From assembly GCA_964016885.1 (NCBI GenBank), contig OZ024742.1, positions 141,112,001 through 141,176,000 on the forward strand: 64,000 nt of DNA, in the 5' to 3' direction. The position numbers and the translations under genes were made by a program. Under the pieces are notes generated by a model. It searched no databases. It had not been told where the DNA came from and was given only the letters and a program-made list of their open reading frames with translations. This DNA is from Eledone cirrhosa. Its lineage: Eukaryota. Positions 39,926-53,454 of the stretch are shown here, piece after piece; within the stretch, counting starts at the first letter, position 1; the number at the start of each line of letters is the position of its first letter.

Positions 39926-41018
39926 GTAACTTCAGACATTTTTAAAACTCACATTTATTTGAATTAAAAATAAATTCCATATTTTTATAATAGAGAGCCC
40001 ATGAATGGAACAGAAGTCCAATAAGGCCTCTCCATTCATGCTTTATATTTAGATTGAGGTAATGACTGAAAGAATACAATTGTGAATACAAGTGGATGAA
40101 ATAGGGTTCCTCCGAAGGATCTTTGGAGTAACGTTACTCAATAGAGTATGTAACTTGGAGATCAGAGAGTCGCTCCAGGTAGAGCCTCTACTTCTCTGAA
40201 TTGAGAGATTATAGCTCCAATATTACAGACATATAGTGAGAATGTCTCAGGAAAGAATTGCTGGACAAATTTTGTGGGCAAAACCAACAGCTACATTTAA
40301 CCTTTTTGTGGCTGTATTTCAAACGAAATACACTCTATTTCAATTAATTAATTGAAAGTTTTGAGGGATTTACTTATAATTATTTCATTACCAAGATAGT
40401 AAAATCGCATATGGTTCTTATATAAAATTATGTTGGAAGATTTTAATTTAAATAGGTCTCTTTAAAATGAGTGGTCTTGCTTCAAAGAACCAGAACTGGT
40501 TTTGGATGGGTTAGTATTAAAAGTGTTAAATCCCACCCTGGTCAGCTTTGGTTGTTATCCTTTCAGGATTGATAAAATAAAGTACCAGTTCAGGGCAATG
40601 GTATTGGTAGAATTATTGGAGTGTTGGACAAGATGCCTTCCCGTATTTGTTCTGCTTCTTTGCGTTCTGAGTTCAAATCCTACTATGGCCTATTTGGGTG
40701 GTAAATGTAATCTGTTGCCTGGTTTAACACCATACCTGAACTTTGGGTGCCTCTAACAGAGTCCACTTTATTGCAAGAATGTTGGCCAGATCTCAAGTTT
40801 GAGGATACTTTACTCTTATCCTTCCACCAGTCTCAAAGGCCTTGAAAAGCACCATAGCACTGCCCTTCTCTCCCTGATTAAACAGTAAAATAAAAGAACC
40901 CCCAACATTTTTATGTCTACTTAGCATTCATTAATGATTGTTTTCAGTTCAGGAGTAATGTAACTTTTCTTTTATCCTATGGGATATTTTTTTTTCTTTT
41001 TCGTAAAAAACAGTTATA

Positions 41019-41216
41019 TGAGGGCTGGTTGAAAAGTTCATAGGCTGACCAAGATACTCTCATGGAATGACCAAATGAGGTTTATTTTTCAACATGTTCC
41101 CTGGAAAGAAACAATGCAATTATTAATAAGAAGAGTTGAAACTAATGTATGCAAGATTTCACAGATCTAGCATTACTCCTTCATAGTTAGCCTATGAACT
41201 TTTCAGCCGACCCTCG
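41019..41216. mobile_element. mariner-type MITE
   Basis: ~31-bp TIRs (T/C)GAGGG..GGTTGAAAAGTTCATAGGCT.AC flanked by TA. Confidence 0.8.
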
Positions 41217-42034
41217 TATGTATTGATAAATGGCCTGATCCTTTGAACACCAACTGGTCTAGTGCCTCTATTAAATTGTTGAAATTTCTAAATTTAAATC
41301 TTGAAATGAAATCTCATTATTATATAACAGATAATATTGATTTCAGTAAATAAATATTTAATATTATTAAGTTGAAAGTTAGTTATTTCACTAAACCTGA
41401 ACATCTCATAATTTATAATTATAACACAAAGGCAGCATATTCTTGTTAGAATTATGACAACAAACGAATTAATTGATATCAGTAGTAATATACAGCTTCA
41501 GAAAAGACACTTTAGCATGCCATGATATAAAACTATTTTTAAATATTTATATTTAAATCGAAACTGTCTATCAATTTTATGAAAGAGCCATTTGTTAACC
41601 CTTTTGATACCAACCCACCTGAAACCAGCCTGGTTCTATGATACAAATGTTTATTTTAAGGTTTTTATATTTATTTAAAAACTTAGCATTGTTATTCTAT
41701 GTAAGAACATTTGTTCCAAATACTAACTTAATGAGAAAGTTATTACTAAATCCCTCCAAATTCTTGATTATTTTCAAAATAATTTGATAATCATAGGCAG
41801 TGTCTTTCATTAGAAATTTGGTGATGAAAGGGTTGTGTTCTAAACACTAGCTTAATAATGGAGGACTTAGTTATTTCTTAAAAATCCTTAACATTCTTAA
41901 ATATTTTATACATCAATTGTACACATAGACAGTGTATTTCATTACAAATATGGTCATAAAAAAGTTGTGATATTTTTAGGACTGATAACTGGTAGATTTT
42001 AATATGAAAATAAAACCTTTCTTCCTTATCATAG

Positions 42035-42107
42035 GAGGCTGCAATTGAAACACTTTTGCGATATGGAGTTGGTTCTTGTGGTCCAAGGGCTTTTTATGGC
42101 ACCATGG
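42035..42107 (+). CDS. SPTLC1: SPTLC1 coding exon 5
   Basis: catag|EAAIETLLRYGVGSCGPRAFYGTM(D)|gtaagt; 73 nt. Confidence 0.95.
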
Positions 42108-43726
42108 GTAAGTGATAAGTATCAATATTAGAACTTTTGCATTTATGCCTTTGATTCTTCATCGGCTGTGAAAAGAAAAAGAATATATATATATATAGTT
42201 CAAGGAAACAACAAACAGGGGTACAAAAAGTGTTATTAGTTTCACGCTTTATATGGAAAAGGGGAAAGAAAGTTTGACGTGTCTGGCTAAATCCCTTCTT
42301 CAGGAGTACAAGAATAGAGACAGGATCACAAAGGATAGATACAGAAAATATAAGGTAGTCCAAGTAAAGTAAAAAAAAAAATCCAAATAAAGAGTCATTT
42401 TAATGTCCGCTTTCTCTGCTAGCAATAGTTGGATGGGTCTGCATAAATCAAGTCAGTACTGAAGTGGGGCTACTGATCTACCAGACAGACCAGAAATCTG
42501 CCTCACTTATTTATGGTCTGCACTGGAGAAGTTGTCATGTCTTTGACACAACTGAGAGTCCTCCCAGCTCTTTGGCAAGCTTTCTACAGCTGGATGCCCT
42601 TCCTATTACCAACCACTTTGCAGTCTGTAGTGGGTGTGTTTATCGTGTAGATCACCAAACACTAGGGAGGCTGTCATGTCCTTGACCTGACCAAAGGGTC
42701 CTCCAAACCCTTTGTTTCGAAAGTCTTCCATGGCTGGATGCCCTTCCTGTCACCAACCACTTCACATAGGGATAGCAGCTGGAAGTGTGTGTGTTGGGAT
42801 GGGGGTCATGGGTGTAGTGATGTTGAGAATAGCTTTTTGGAAGGGCTACTGGAAATATCTAAAAGGATACACAAACAGACATAACCCCTTCCCTCCCAGA
42901 ATACATAAATTGAACAACAACTACTTAGTGACGAGTGGGAGAGAGACAAGTGAAAAACAAATGATACATGTGCACAAAAACTTGGAGGAGAAACAAGATG
43001 TAAAGACATACATGCTAAACACAGAAGCTTGTAGAAGTAGCAGTACACACAGACTCAAATATGCACGTATGTGTAGACCGTATACAAACCACAAAAAGAC
43101 AAGATATAGTAAATAGAATAAAGAGGAGACACATTGAGAAGGTCACAGGATGTGTGACGAAAGAACTTTGACAATTAAAAGTAAATATGACAAATAAACA
43201 ACCACTCAGTTACTAAATTAATTGATGAAGGGATTAGTTAACTAATAATACACTGAAATGAAACTCAACTATTTTTATTGGGTGCATGACACTCCCAAAG
43301 TATAACAATATTTATTTCAACTCATGATTTCACATCAAGAATCTTGTGAAACAAATACAAAAATGAATAATATATAGATATGTGTATCTATATATTAATA
43401 TAGTTGTGTGCATTTAGTTAAGAATAGGTATGTTGTATCTCTGTGTGTCATAAGACAACTAAAGGGGTTGGTACCAGGCAGAGCATCCTGCCATAAAACA
43501 TTGCCTCAAAAAGACCCCATAGGTAATATTAAGCCTGGCATGAGGTCCTCAAAGCTAATGCCAGCCTTAGAAGGGAAAATGGCCTTAAAATGCTTGTTGT
43601 ATTTGAATAACAGAAGATTTTGAGAATAACTCTATTTGATGTTAGTGATGTATAGTTTTCATATTTGAAGCAAATATTTGTTTAGTTTGGTATTTCTGTA
43701 TAATTTTGGCATTTGTGGCATTTCAG

Positions 43727-43859
43727 ATGTTCATCTTGATATGGAAGATAAACTGCGACGATTTCTTGGAGCAGAATCAGCAATTCTTTATTCCTATGGC
43801 TTTGCTACCATTGCAAGTGCTATTCCAGCTTACTCAAAACGAGGGGATGTCATATTTTG
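43727..43859 (+). CDS. SPTLC1: SPTLC1 coding exon 6
   Basis: ttcag|[43 protein letters not shown](C)|gtatga; 133 nt; strong LCB1 signature. Confidence 0.97.
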
Positions 43860-45194
43860 GTATGATGATATGTAATATTTTTAATTTATTCTTTACCTCT
43901 GTTGTTATCATGTTTCTAATGAATGACAGTGCTTATAATTTTTAAATCATTTGAAAATAATCAAGAATTTAGAGGGCTTTAGTAACAATAACTAACTTTC
44001 TCTTCATTAATTTTATGTAGTAACAAAGGTTATTACATAAAATTATGATGGAAGGTTTGTTTTCATAAATATAAAAAGTTTTGTATCATAGAGCCAGGGT
44101 CAGTTTTAGGCAGTTTGGTTTGAAAAAGTTTTATGACTTATTTTCCCCTTGCAGCTCCATAGGCCTGAATCTCAGAATATGTTCTTTACCAACTAGTCTC
44201 CAAATAAGAATATAAAAATCTTAATGGAAAAAAAAAATTAAAATTTGATTTCCATAAATATTCTGAAAATTATTCATAAGTTTATATATGGTTTGTGCTG
44301 CATCATTAAAACATGCAAGCGGCTTCCAATGAGATGCAACTGCATAGAAGACCAGCTAAACCTATGCAAAGTATTTCTCAATCAGTCAATCAGATGCCAT
44401 GCTGTTCAGCATAAACTATCGGGTCTCTTCAATGTGTATGGTCTCTGAGTATCTGAATTGTGGTTGTTGCCTTTTCTGCTGCTAGCTAAGATATTAATTC
44501 ATCCATTAGTTTTTATCTTTGTCTGCCTCTTCTATTTCCTGTTATCTTTCCTAATATTACCAGATGTTTTAAGAATAATGTACATTATCAGGTGTTTAAA
44601 TATTAAAAAAAAAATTTTTTAAATATATTTGTCTTATCTTTAAGTAATTTTTATGAGGTCTTGGTGAAATTATGTTGTTGGTCGCAGTATTTGTTTCATT
44701 ACACTTCTGTTTCATTTTCACTTCTATTGACGTCAGAAATATTAATATCTTTGTCATCTATAGTACATAACATAGAAATATTTTTTTTCTGTATTTGTGG
44801 TGGATCGGCATCCCATGTAGTCTCAGTTACTTTGTGCCACATGAAACCAGGAAAAGCTCCATTTTTCGTACAATGTATGCAAGCATAGAAGAATAGATAT
44901 AAAAGCAATCACTCACGACTATCTCAGTATTTCAACTATCTTGAGAAAGAAAACCTTTTAAATTCCTCTTAGGAAATAATTGTCAGTTGTCGGCATGGCT
45001 CTGTGATTAAGAAGTTAGCTCTGCAAGCATTTTTTAAAAGTTCAGTCCCATTGTGTGCCACCTTGGGTAAGTGTATTCTACTATAGCCTCGGGTTGACCA
45101 ATGTCATGTGAGAGGAATTTGGTAGATGGAAACTATAGAAGCCTGTCATATACATATTTTTTACCAAATGTTTACTATAATATATATATAAAAA

Positions 45195-45530
45195 CATGGC
45201 TTAGTTGTTAGAGCATTGGGCTTGCAATCGAAAGGTTGTGAGTTCAATTCTCAGACCGGGTGATGTATTGTTTCCTTGAGCAAGACATTTTATTTCACAT
45301 TGCTCCAGTTTACTCAGCTGTAGAAATGAGATGATAGGACTGGGGTCCCTATCATTCCACTGTAAAGTGGATGTGTAGGCGCCACGGCAAAAAAAGCACC
45401 CTGCACTCACTGTAAATGAGGTTGGTGTTAGGAAGGGCATCCAGCTGTAGAAATCAAGCCAGAATCAGTTCCCGTCCCACCCTTGCAAGCAGGGAAAAGC
45501 GGAGGTAAAATGATCATGATGATCACCATC
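45195..45530 (+). mobile_element. tRNA-derived CORE-like SINE with RTE-type tail
   Basis: Reverse-orientation copy of 11350-11687. Confidence 0.85.
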
Positions 45531-46458
45531 ATCATCACTGTTTTACATCTATTTTCCATGCCTGTACGGGTTAGACAAGTTGTCATGCTCTGAGACTAGG
45601 CATGTCAGATGATTACATCTTACCTATACATTCCATTTTAGTATGAATTCTTGTCCTTAATGCTACCCACTTCACGGTCTGTATTGACTGTTTTATTGTC
45701 ACACTGCCACTACTACCTGACAGAATGGACTTGTTGCTTTTTATCATGGCACTAGCACTACCACCTCAGTGTGGGATCAAGGCATTTTATTTTGGCTCTG
45801 GCACTACCATTCTCGACACTAGGGGGCTCATTGTGTCCTCAACAAGGGTGGGGAGGCAGTGATAGGAATAGGGTCTATGTTTATATTTATTGTTTAACAT
45901 TACATAACCTAGCAGTTTGACAACAAAATTTGATCAATAAAAATAAGTACCAAACTTCAAAAAATAAGTACTGGGATTGATATGATTGATTAAATGCTTT
46001 GAAGGTAGTGGATATTGAAACCAATAAAAGAAAAAGTAAAGGAAATGTTTCCTATCATACATCTGTTGTATATTAAACTTACTTATAAATTAGATGTTAT
46101 GATTTGTACCTGTAGTGTTTATTTAATCCTTTTGTTACCATATTTCTAATGAGAGACACTGACAATGTATTTCAATTCATTTTGAAAATAATAAACAAAA
46201 TTGTGAAGTAGTAAGTAATTTAACCAACCTTTTCATTAGTAAGCTGATGTTTGGATCATTACTTATAAACATTTCTTAACATTAAATTATGATATAAAGT
46301 TTTAATATAAGTATAAACACTTAAAAGCAAGCAGTTTTATATTATAGAACCAGAGCTGATTTCGGGTGGATTGGTATCAAAGCAGTTAAAAATGGTGCAT
46401 CAAATTATTTAGGAAATTCCTTTTAACAAAGATTTCCTTTTTTTCCTCTCTTTTTTAG

Positions 46459-46588
46459 TGATGCAGGGACTTGTTTCTCAATCCAAAAAGGTTTGTTAGC
46501 TTCCCGTAGTCAGATAAAGTTTTTCAGACACAATGATATGGATCATTTAACAGAATTGTTGGACGAACAAGAAAAAGAGGAACAGCGG
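46459..46588 (+). CDS. SPTLC1: SPTLC1 coding exon 7
   Basis: tttag|[43 protein letters not shown]|gtatgt; 130 nt. Confidence 0.95.
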
Positions 46589-47650
46589 GTATGTATTATA
46601 GTTTATTGAGGTGATGAATTGGCAGAGTCATTAGAGCATAAGCTTTGCTGTATTTGTTCTAGCAAATTGGCAATCAGTGCATTGTGGTATTTGTTCTGGC
46701 TCTCTGTGCTCTGAATTCATATCCCTTCAAAGTCAATTTTGCTTTCCACCTTTTCAGGGTTGATAAATAAAGTGCCACTCTAGGGTGGAATAATAGAATT
46801 CTTAGAGCATCAGGTGAGATGCTTTGTGCTATTTATTTCTGTTCTTTGTGTTCTGAATTCAAATCCATATGAGGCCAATTTTGCCTCTCTTTCATCCACT
46901 GCAGTGGATTGTCAGAATTACATCTGTTCTTAGTTTAAATTCTGCACCCTGTTCAACCTGCACTTATAGTTTATTGAAGTTGACATTAGGGTGTCCTGCA
47001 ATCTTTCATCATTGTCATTTTAACATCCTCTTTCCTTGTTAGCAAGTGCTGGATGGGTCAACATAGACCAAGTTTGTACTGAAGCATGCTACTAACCTCC
47101 CTGTCAGATTAGGGAGATCTGTTATTTTGCTTATGTACAGTTTCAAAAATTAGAAATTTATCTCTATTTTTTTTTTTTTCTGAACAAAGTTTTATTTATT
47201 TATGGTAATAAATGTAATTTGTTAACGTGAAAGTGATAAATGAATGCATCTTAATATAATTTTTAATTTTCGAAAGAAATAATGAAAATTGAAATCGTTT
47301 TTGATAAAATTTATTTAGAATATATAACATTGAATTTATAAAATTAATAGACAGAATTTCAACTCGGAACACAAAGTGCCAGAACAGATAATCCAAGGCA
47401 ACTTATTCGACACTCAAACAATTCTGCTAATCCACCACCCTGGACTAGTTCTTTATTTTATTGACTCTGAATGGATGACAAGCAAAGTTAATCTCAGTGG
47501 GATTTGTATTCAAAGTGCAGACAACTGGAACAAATACCATAAGATATTCTATCTGATACTCCAATTTAAATTTTACTGATTTTATAGAAATTATTTTGAT
47601 TCTTAATATTTCTAGATCATTTTTCTCAAATATTTGTTCCTCTTTTGTAG

Positions 47651-47848
47651 AATCCTAAAAAGGCGAGAATTACCCGTAAATTTGTGGTGGTTGAAGCTAT
47701 CTATGTAAACCATGGTGATATTTGTCCTCTCCCTAAAATTATTGAGCTCAAGTATAAATATAAAATTCGAGTATTCCTTGAAGAGAGTTTAAGCCTTGGA
47801 ATTCTTGGCAAGAGTGGTCGAGGTTTAACGGAACATTTCAATGTATCA
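47651..47848 (+). CDS. SPTLC1: SPTLC1 coding exon 8
   Basis: tgtag|[66 protein letters not shown]|gtaagt; 198 nt. Confidence 0.96.
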
Positions 47849-47875
47849 GTAAGTTGAAAGTTTTTTCTTTATATA

Positions 47876-48490
47876 TTGGGTTGGACAGAAAGTTCCTGCC
47901 ATTTTTCAAAAGGAGGTATTTTGGTAGAGTTTTCTGGAAATGTTGATGGTTGTGCATGTGTACACATATAAGAATTGACGTTGGCATGCATAATGTGTAT
48001 TATTTTCTGTTATGCCATCAAAGAGGAAGTAACACGGATCTATCCAAATCATTTATTTGTGGCTGTTTACTTTATGACTTCAAATCTGGCATAAATGCAG
48101 CAGCATTGAGTTGTTGCATTAACAATGCATTTGGCTCACACATCATGTCTGAATGCTGTGCCAGGGACTGGTTTGCATGCTTTTATTCCAGTGATTACAG
48201 CCTGAAGATCAACCTCAACAGGACGTGCATCCAACTTCAATAATAAGCAACTATGTGAGTTGGTGGAGGCCAACCTATGCCAGACATCACGTCAACTCTC
48301 TGAAGTGCTTGGGGCATTGAAAACAACCATCCTTAATCACTTGCATGTAATAGGAAAGGTGTACAAACTGGATCAGACATAATCGTGAATGTTAGGCTGT
48401 AGCTGTGTTTCTCTGCTCTCCTACCATTGCATAATCAACTGGTTATGTTCCATTGTCACTGGTGAAGAAAAATGTGTCGTATAGTATACC
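47876..48490 (+). mobile_element. Degenerate 5' half of a mariner transposon
   Basis: TA|TTGGGTTGGACAGAAAGTT TIR-like start; remnant transposase N-terminus (CLLYDFKSG..A...INNAFG...RDWF..F). Confidence 0.65.
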
Positions 48491-49944
48491 CCCTCGTCTT
48501 CATCTGCTCTGCTTCTTCGGCGTGCAGATCTGCAAGCATACTCCAAGGGATAGTGAGGGAGATTTTAAAGTCATTATGTGTATTCTGAGTTCAAATCCCG
48601 CCGAGGTTAACTTTGCCTTTTATCCTTACGGGGTCGATAAAATAAAGTACCAGTAATACACTGGGTAATTGCTGGCCTTGTGCCAAAAGTAGAAACAATT
48701 ATGTGATTGCCAGCTTTGTTGTTTTGTACTTACATTAATTAGAATGATTTGCTTAACAAAGATTTTATTTTGTGGCCATTAACTATTTCTTTCCTGAGTT
48801 GACATTTTACTTCGTCATTTTTATGCCTAGTTTTTAAGTTGGCATGGGTTGGTTGGATTATCATAGTCTGAATCGGTTCTTTATGCAAAGTTACTTCCCT
48901 TGTAGATGGGTTATTGACCACTGACACCAGCCAGTGTACTGGGTGCATTTTATCATTGTACCAGAGAGGTTGTTGTGTTCTCAGCAAGACTAGAGAGTTC
49001 TTCACTTTTAACTAAATATTCAACAATTTGCTTCTTTAGTCAACGTATTTCAGTTATATATTTCTTTTTTCTGTAATTTCTAATCAAAATCTCATATGTG
49101 TTGAAATCTTCACTAGTGTTTATAACTAGATATTCTTTCAAATGTTAACCACTATAATTTTTGTGCTATTTATACATGCCACCCTTTTTTTATCTTTAAA
49201 AATATTCCATGCAATTAACAGTTTTAAAGTAAATACAGTTTGTACTGTACAGCTAGATGTATTTCTTATTCATCTAATTGGAAATTGAGTGTAGATTGAT
49301 TTTCTTTTACATTTCTTGTTATGATCAATGTAACATCAACAAATTGGTACAATTGTTAGAGCTTTGGATGAAATCTTAGTAGTATTTGTTCCAGCTCTTT
49401 GCCTTCTCTGTTCAAATCGTGCTGTGGTAAGCTTAATCTGTCGCCCTGTTTTTGAAAAACATGAATTTTGGTTCACTACTTTATTATTTGAACAATTCAG
49501 CAACAATATCTCTCTTGCAAAAGGAGCTGCTTGCTTTCAAGCCTGATGATTTTTTTCATCATCCAGAATCATTTATGTTCTTTAAAATTATATTATTCCA
49601 ACAAATCAGATTGTTCATTATCATCATTTTTACCATTTTTATGCTGGCTTTTCTTGGCCTTTTCCATGCTGGTATTATTTTTTTTTATCCAGTTTTTACT
49701 ACTGCATACTCTTGATGCCAACATGTATTTTTTTTTTTTTTTTTTTACAATACCTTTTCCACTGTAGCATCTTAGCTCTTTTTTTAATAGAAATATATCT
49801 TACAACTATATTATTTCATCTATATTTCTTATTATATAAACTCCTTCCTTTGATCCAATTTTAACTTGTAAAAACGAATGTTAATATGGATATTATTTTG
49901 TTAATATGAATGTTAAATTATCAAAATAAATTATTTATTTGTAG

Positions 49945-50040
49945 GTGGATGATGTTGACTTTTTGGTTGCCACCATGGAAAATTCTTTTGCCAGCACTGG
50001 TGGATTTTGTGCAGGTAAAAAGTATGTTGTTGATCACCAG
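49945..50040 (+). CDS. SPTLC1: SPTLC1 coding exon 9
   Basis: tgtag|VDDVDFLVATMENSFASTGGFCAGKKYVVDHQ|gtaaga; 96 nt. Asn replaces the PLP lysine, as expected for LCB1. Confidence 0.95.
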
Positions 50041-50109
50041 GTAAGAAATTTAGTTATAGGTAGTCTTATATTGTCTTCTTTATGTAATCTGTGATGTGTG
50101 TAAATGTAT

Positions 50110-50380
50110 TATGTGTGGGTTATATAACTAGAAGAGATGGAAACAAAACTCTTTCTTATGAACAGTAAGTGCCAGGAAATGTCAGTGGAAGAAAGTTGTG
50201 GTAGAGGTAGACCAAGAAAGTCCTGGACAGAGGTTGTGAGAGCTGATCTAAAATCACTGAGACTCACAGAGGCGATTACAAAGGATCGCGACATGGGGAG
50301 AGATGCCGTGCTGAAAAGGACTTGTCTAACCCATGCAAGGTGGAAAAGCGGACATAAAAAATGATGAATGTTGATGATGT
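50110..50380 (+). mobile_element. RTE LINE 3'-end fragment
   Basis: GRGRPRKSWTEVVRADLKSL...DR motif followed by CCCATGCAAG...GCGGACATAAAAAATGATG tail. Confidence 0.75.
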
Positions 50381-50452
50381 ACATACACACATGCATATAT
50401 ATATACACACACTTTTATTAGTGTATACATACATCCATTTTTTTTAATATAG

Positions 50453-50549
50453 CGTTTGAATGGCCATGGTTATTGCTTCTCTGCTTCCCAGCCACCTTTA
50501 TGTGTTGCAGCTGCCAGTAGAGCTTTTGATATGATTGACCAAGACAGCG
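50453..50549 (+). CDS. SPTLC1: SPTLC1 coding exon 10
   Basis: tatag|RLNGHGYCFSASQPPLCVAAASRAFDMIDQDS(V)|gtatgt; 97 nt. Confidence 0.94.
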
Positions 50550-50804
50550 GTATGTAAATTTTGTATTTATTTATTTTTTCAATTTACCCTTTCAAGCAGG
50601 GAAAAGCGGACGTAAAATGATGATGATGATGATGAATTAGGTTACTGATGAGGACTTTGTTAATAATAGGAAGTTGTAGATTTATTTTTAAGGAAAGAAA
50701 GATGGAAGAGGAGTTGTCATTAAATGAAGATGTTTAGCCAGGAAATGAAACTAAACTTTGATTATAATTGTAATGTTTTTAAAGTTAAACCTTTCGTTGC
50801 CATA

Positions 50805-51146
50805 TCATTTCATCATCATTTCATTTTACGTCCACTTTTCCCTGCTTGCAAGGGTGGGACGGGAACTGAGTCTGGCTTGATTTCTACAGCTGGATGCCCT
50901 TCCTAACACCAACCTCATTTACAGTGAGTGCTGGGTGCTTTTTTGACGTGGCACCTACACGACCACTTTGCAGTGGAATTATAGGGACCCCAGTCCCTAT
51001 CATCTCATTTCTACAGCTGAGTAAACTGGAGCAATGTAAAATAAAGTGTCTTGCTCAAGGAAACAACACATCACCCGGTCTGAGAATTGAACTCACAACC
51101 TTTCGATTGCAAGGCCAATGCTCTAACCACTAACCCATGTGCCTCC
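50805..51146 (-). mobile_element. tRNA-derived CORE-like SINE with RTE-type tail
   Basis: Near-identical to 11350-11687 and 45195-45530. Confidence 0.85.
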
Positions 51147-51152
51147 ACAATA

Positions 51153-51618
51153 TCTATATATATAAAACTGAGGATGTCTGTCTGTGAGTTTGAATCCCTA
51201 AAACTCGAAGTACCCAACCGAGTTTTTTCAAACTTTACATGTGTATTACTTATGTTTCAGGGAGTGTTATGCACATAACGTTTTGATCCCCTAGGGCCCG
51301 CATTAGGTGAAAAACTGCGTTTTTTCAGCTTTTTAGGGGTTTTTTGAGACGTTACGTCAGACCGATTTTCCCGAAATTTCAAGGCATATTATGCACATAA
51401 ACAAAATTCATTTTCTTGATCCCCTAGGGCCCGCTTAGGTGAAAACCTGCATTTTCCCTGCTTCATCGAGGAAAATCTTAAAGATTATCCAGCCATCAGA
51501 GAATTCGGTTTATTTTCTTTACATATTGTCCAGGCATGCAGTTTTTCCACGATTAAGTCTGTTGGCGGCCTGCGCTCCAAAGTACCTTATCCCGTGCAAC
51601 GCCGGGTACCACTGCTAG
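51153..51618 (+). mobile_element. Non-autonomous Helitron
   Basis: A|TCTATATATATAAAA start; 3' hairpin CCCGTGCAACGCCGGG then TACCACTGCTAG|T; internal repeat TTGATCCCCTAGGGCCCGC..TAGGTGAAAA occurs twice. Confidence 0.88.
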
Positions 51619-52244
51619 TTTCCAATAAAAGACATTGCCTCTGGTTTTCAAATAATTTTGAAAATGGAGAAGAATTTGGAGAAATTTAATAATATAAATA
51701 ACTTTGACATTATTAAGTTGGTGTTTGGAACATAACAAAAGTTCTTAACTTAAAATTGCACCTGGGCACTGTACACGATAATTTCATTATTATTATAGAT
51801 AAATTTAAATGTCTCGAGTCTAGAGGCTCATCAGGCCAGTGCTTATCCTGGTTTCTGTGGCATGAAGCAGCTGAGAGTACAAGACCTCCCCCTGGGCAGG
51901 ACTCTAGTCCATTGCAAGTTTAAACTCTCAGCTATTGCTGGTACTCGTTTTCAGCTGAGTATACTGGAGCAACATTGCTCAAGAACACAATACACAACCC
52001 AGTCAAGGAATCGAACCCACAACATTATAAGTCCAAAAGTCCAACACTCTTACCACAAGACCACAATCCTCCGCTTTTGGATAAACCCTTTAATATGAAT
52101 AGCTTTGTATCATAGATGCAGGGGCAGTTTTAGGCATAACGCCACCTATTTTGAAGAGGAGTATTTAGTTGATTAGGGGGTTAATTGGCCAAATCAATTT
52201 AATCTGTTGATTATGATTATCTACTATAAAAAGGTATGCTATAA

Positions 52245-52900
52245 CTCATCATCATCATTGTTAAACGTCCATTTTTCACGCTAGCATGGGTAAGACATAC
52301 TGTTCCGTTGTGAGTCATCCAGGTCAGAGGACCGTGTTTTGCTCACACAGAACTGATTTTGGCTTGGTTTCTACGGCTGGATGCTCTTCCTAACGACAAC
52401 CACATTTACAGTGTGTACTGGGTGCTTTTTGTCGTGATACTTACACAACCACTTTATAATGTGGACTGGGCACTTTTTATCATGACTCCTACACGACCAC
52501 TTTACAGTGTGGATTCAGTGATTTTTGTTTTGACACCTACATGACCACTGTACAGTGTTGACTGGGCGCTTATTGTTGTGGCTGCAGGATGAGAACTTTA
52601 TGGTGTGGTTTGGGGACTTGGGTGGACGAGATGCATGGGGAATTGGGGAGGTAGATATAGGGTGGTGTGATTACAGTGAGGGAGTCGTATGGGAGGGAAG
52701 GTGGTGTATTCTAGATGTATGCCTCAGCTCCTGCATATGGAAAGGCGGTTCTTCTGTATTACTGCATAATGCCAGAGATCACAGTCCTGTGTCATTATCT
52801 TTGAGAGGTGCAATTGTGCAAGGTCAGCTTTTATCACCTAATCCCAAGTCTTCCTAGGCCTGCTCACCCCATAGCTTCCATCAACTTTGAGCACTCTGAA
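52245..52900 (-). mobile_element. RTE LINE 3' end and UTR
   Basis: Homologous to 6092-6540 (TCATCATC tail, TTCTACGGCTGGATGC, CTTCTGTATTACTG). Confidence 0.65.
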
Positions 52901-53454
52901 CTTCTTTTGCAAAATTCAAAAATTCTCAACAAGTTGTCTGGAAACTATTCTGTCAACATAATAAAATCCTTTGTTGAGTAAATGTCTCTTATATATATGT
53001 CTCATGTTGTGAGTTGCTAAGGTCTGGATACATGTCTTAACCTTTTTGATACCAAATTGCCTGAAACCACTGCTGGTCCTACAACACAAAACTATTTGTT
53101 TTAACACAAAACTGTTTGTTTTAAAATGTTAATATTTGTCTAAAAACCTTCCTTTTGTTACTATATTTCTAATGAAAAACACTGCCTATGATTTTCAAAA
53201 CAATCAAGAATTTAAGAGGAAGTTAATAAACTTTCTCATTATTACACATGTGATTGGAGCATCATTTTGCATAGGTTCTTACATAAAATTATGAAGGAAA
53301 GTTTTTAGATAAATATAAATCATCATTGTTTTAATATCAACTTTTCCATGCTGGCATGGGTTGAATAGGATTTTTTGAGGCATTTTTAAAGCTGGATGCC
53401 TTTCCTAACACCAACCCTTTTAATATAATACAACATGCAGGAATATAGTGTACC

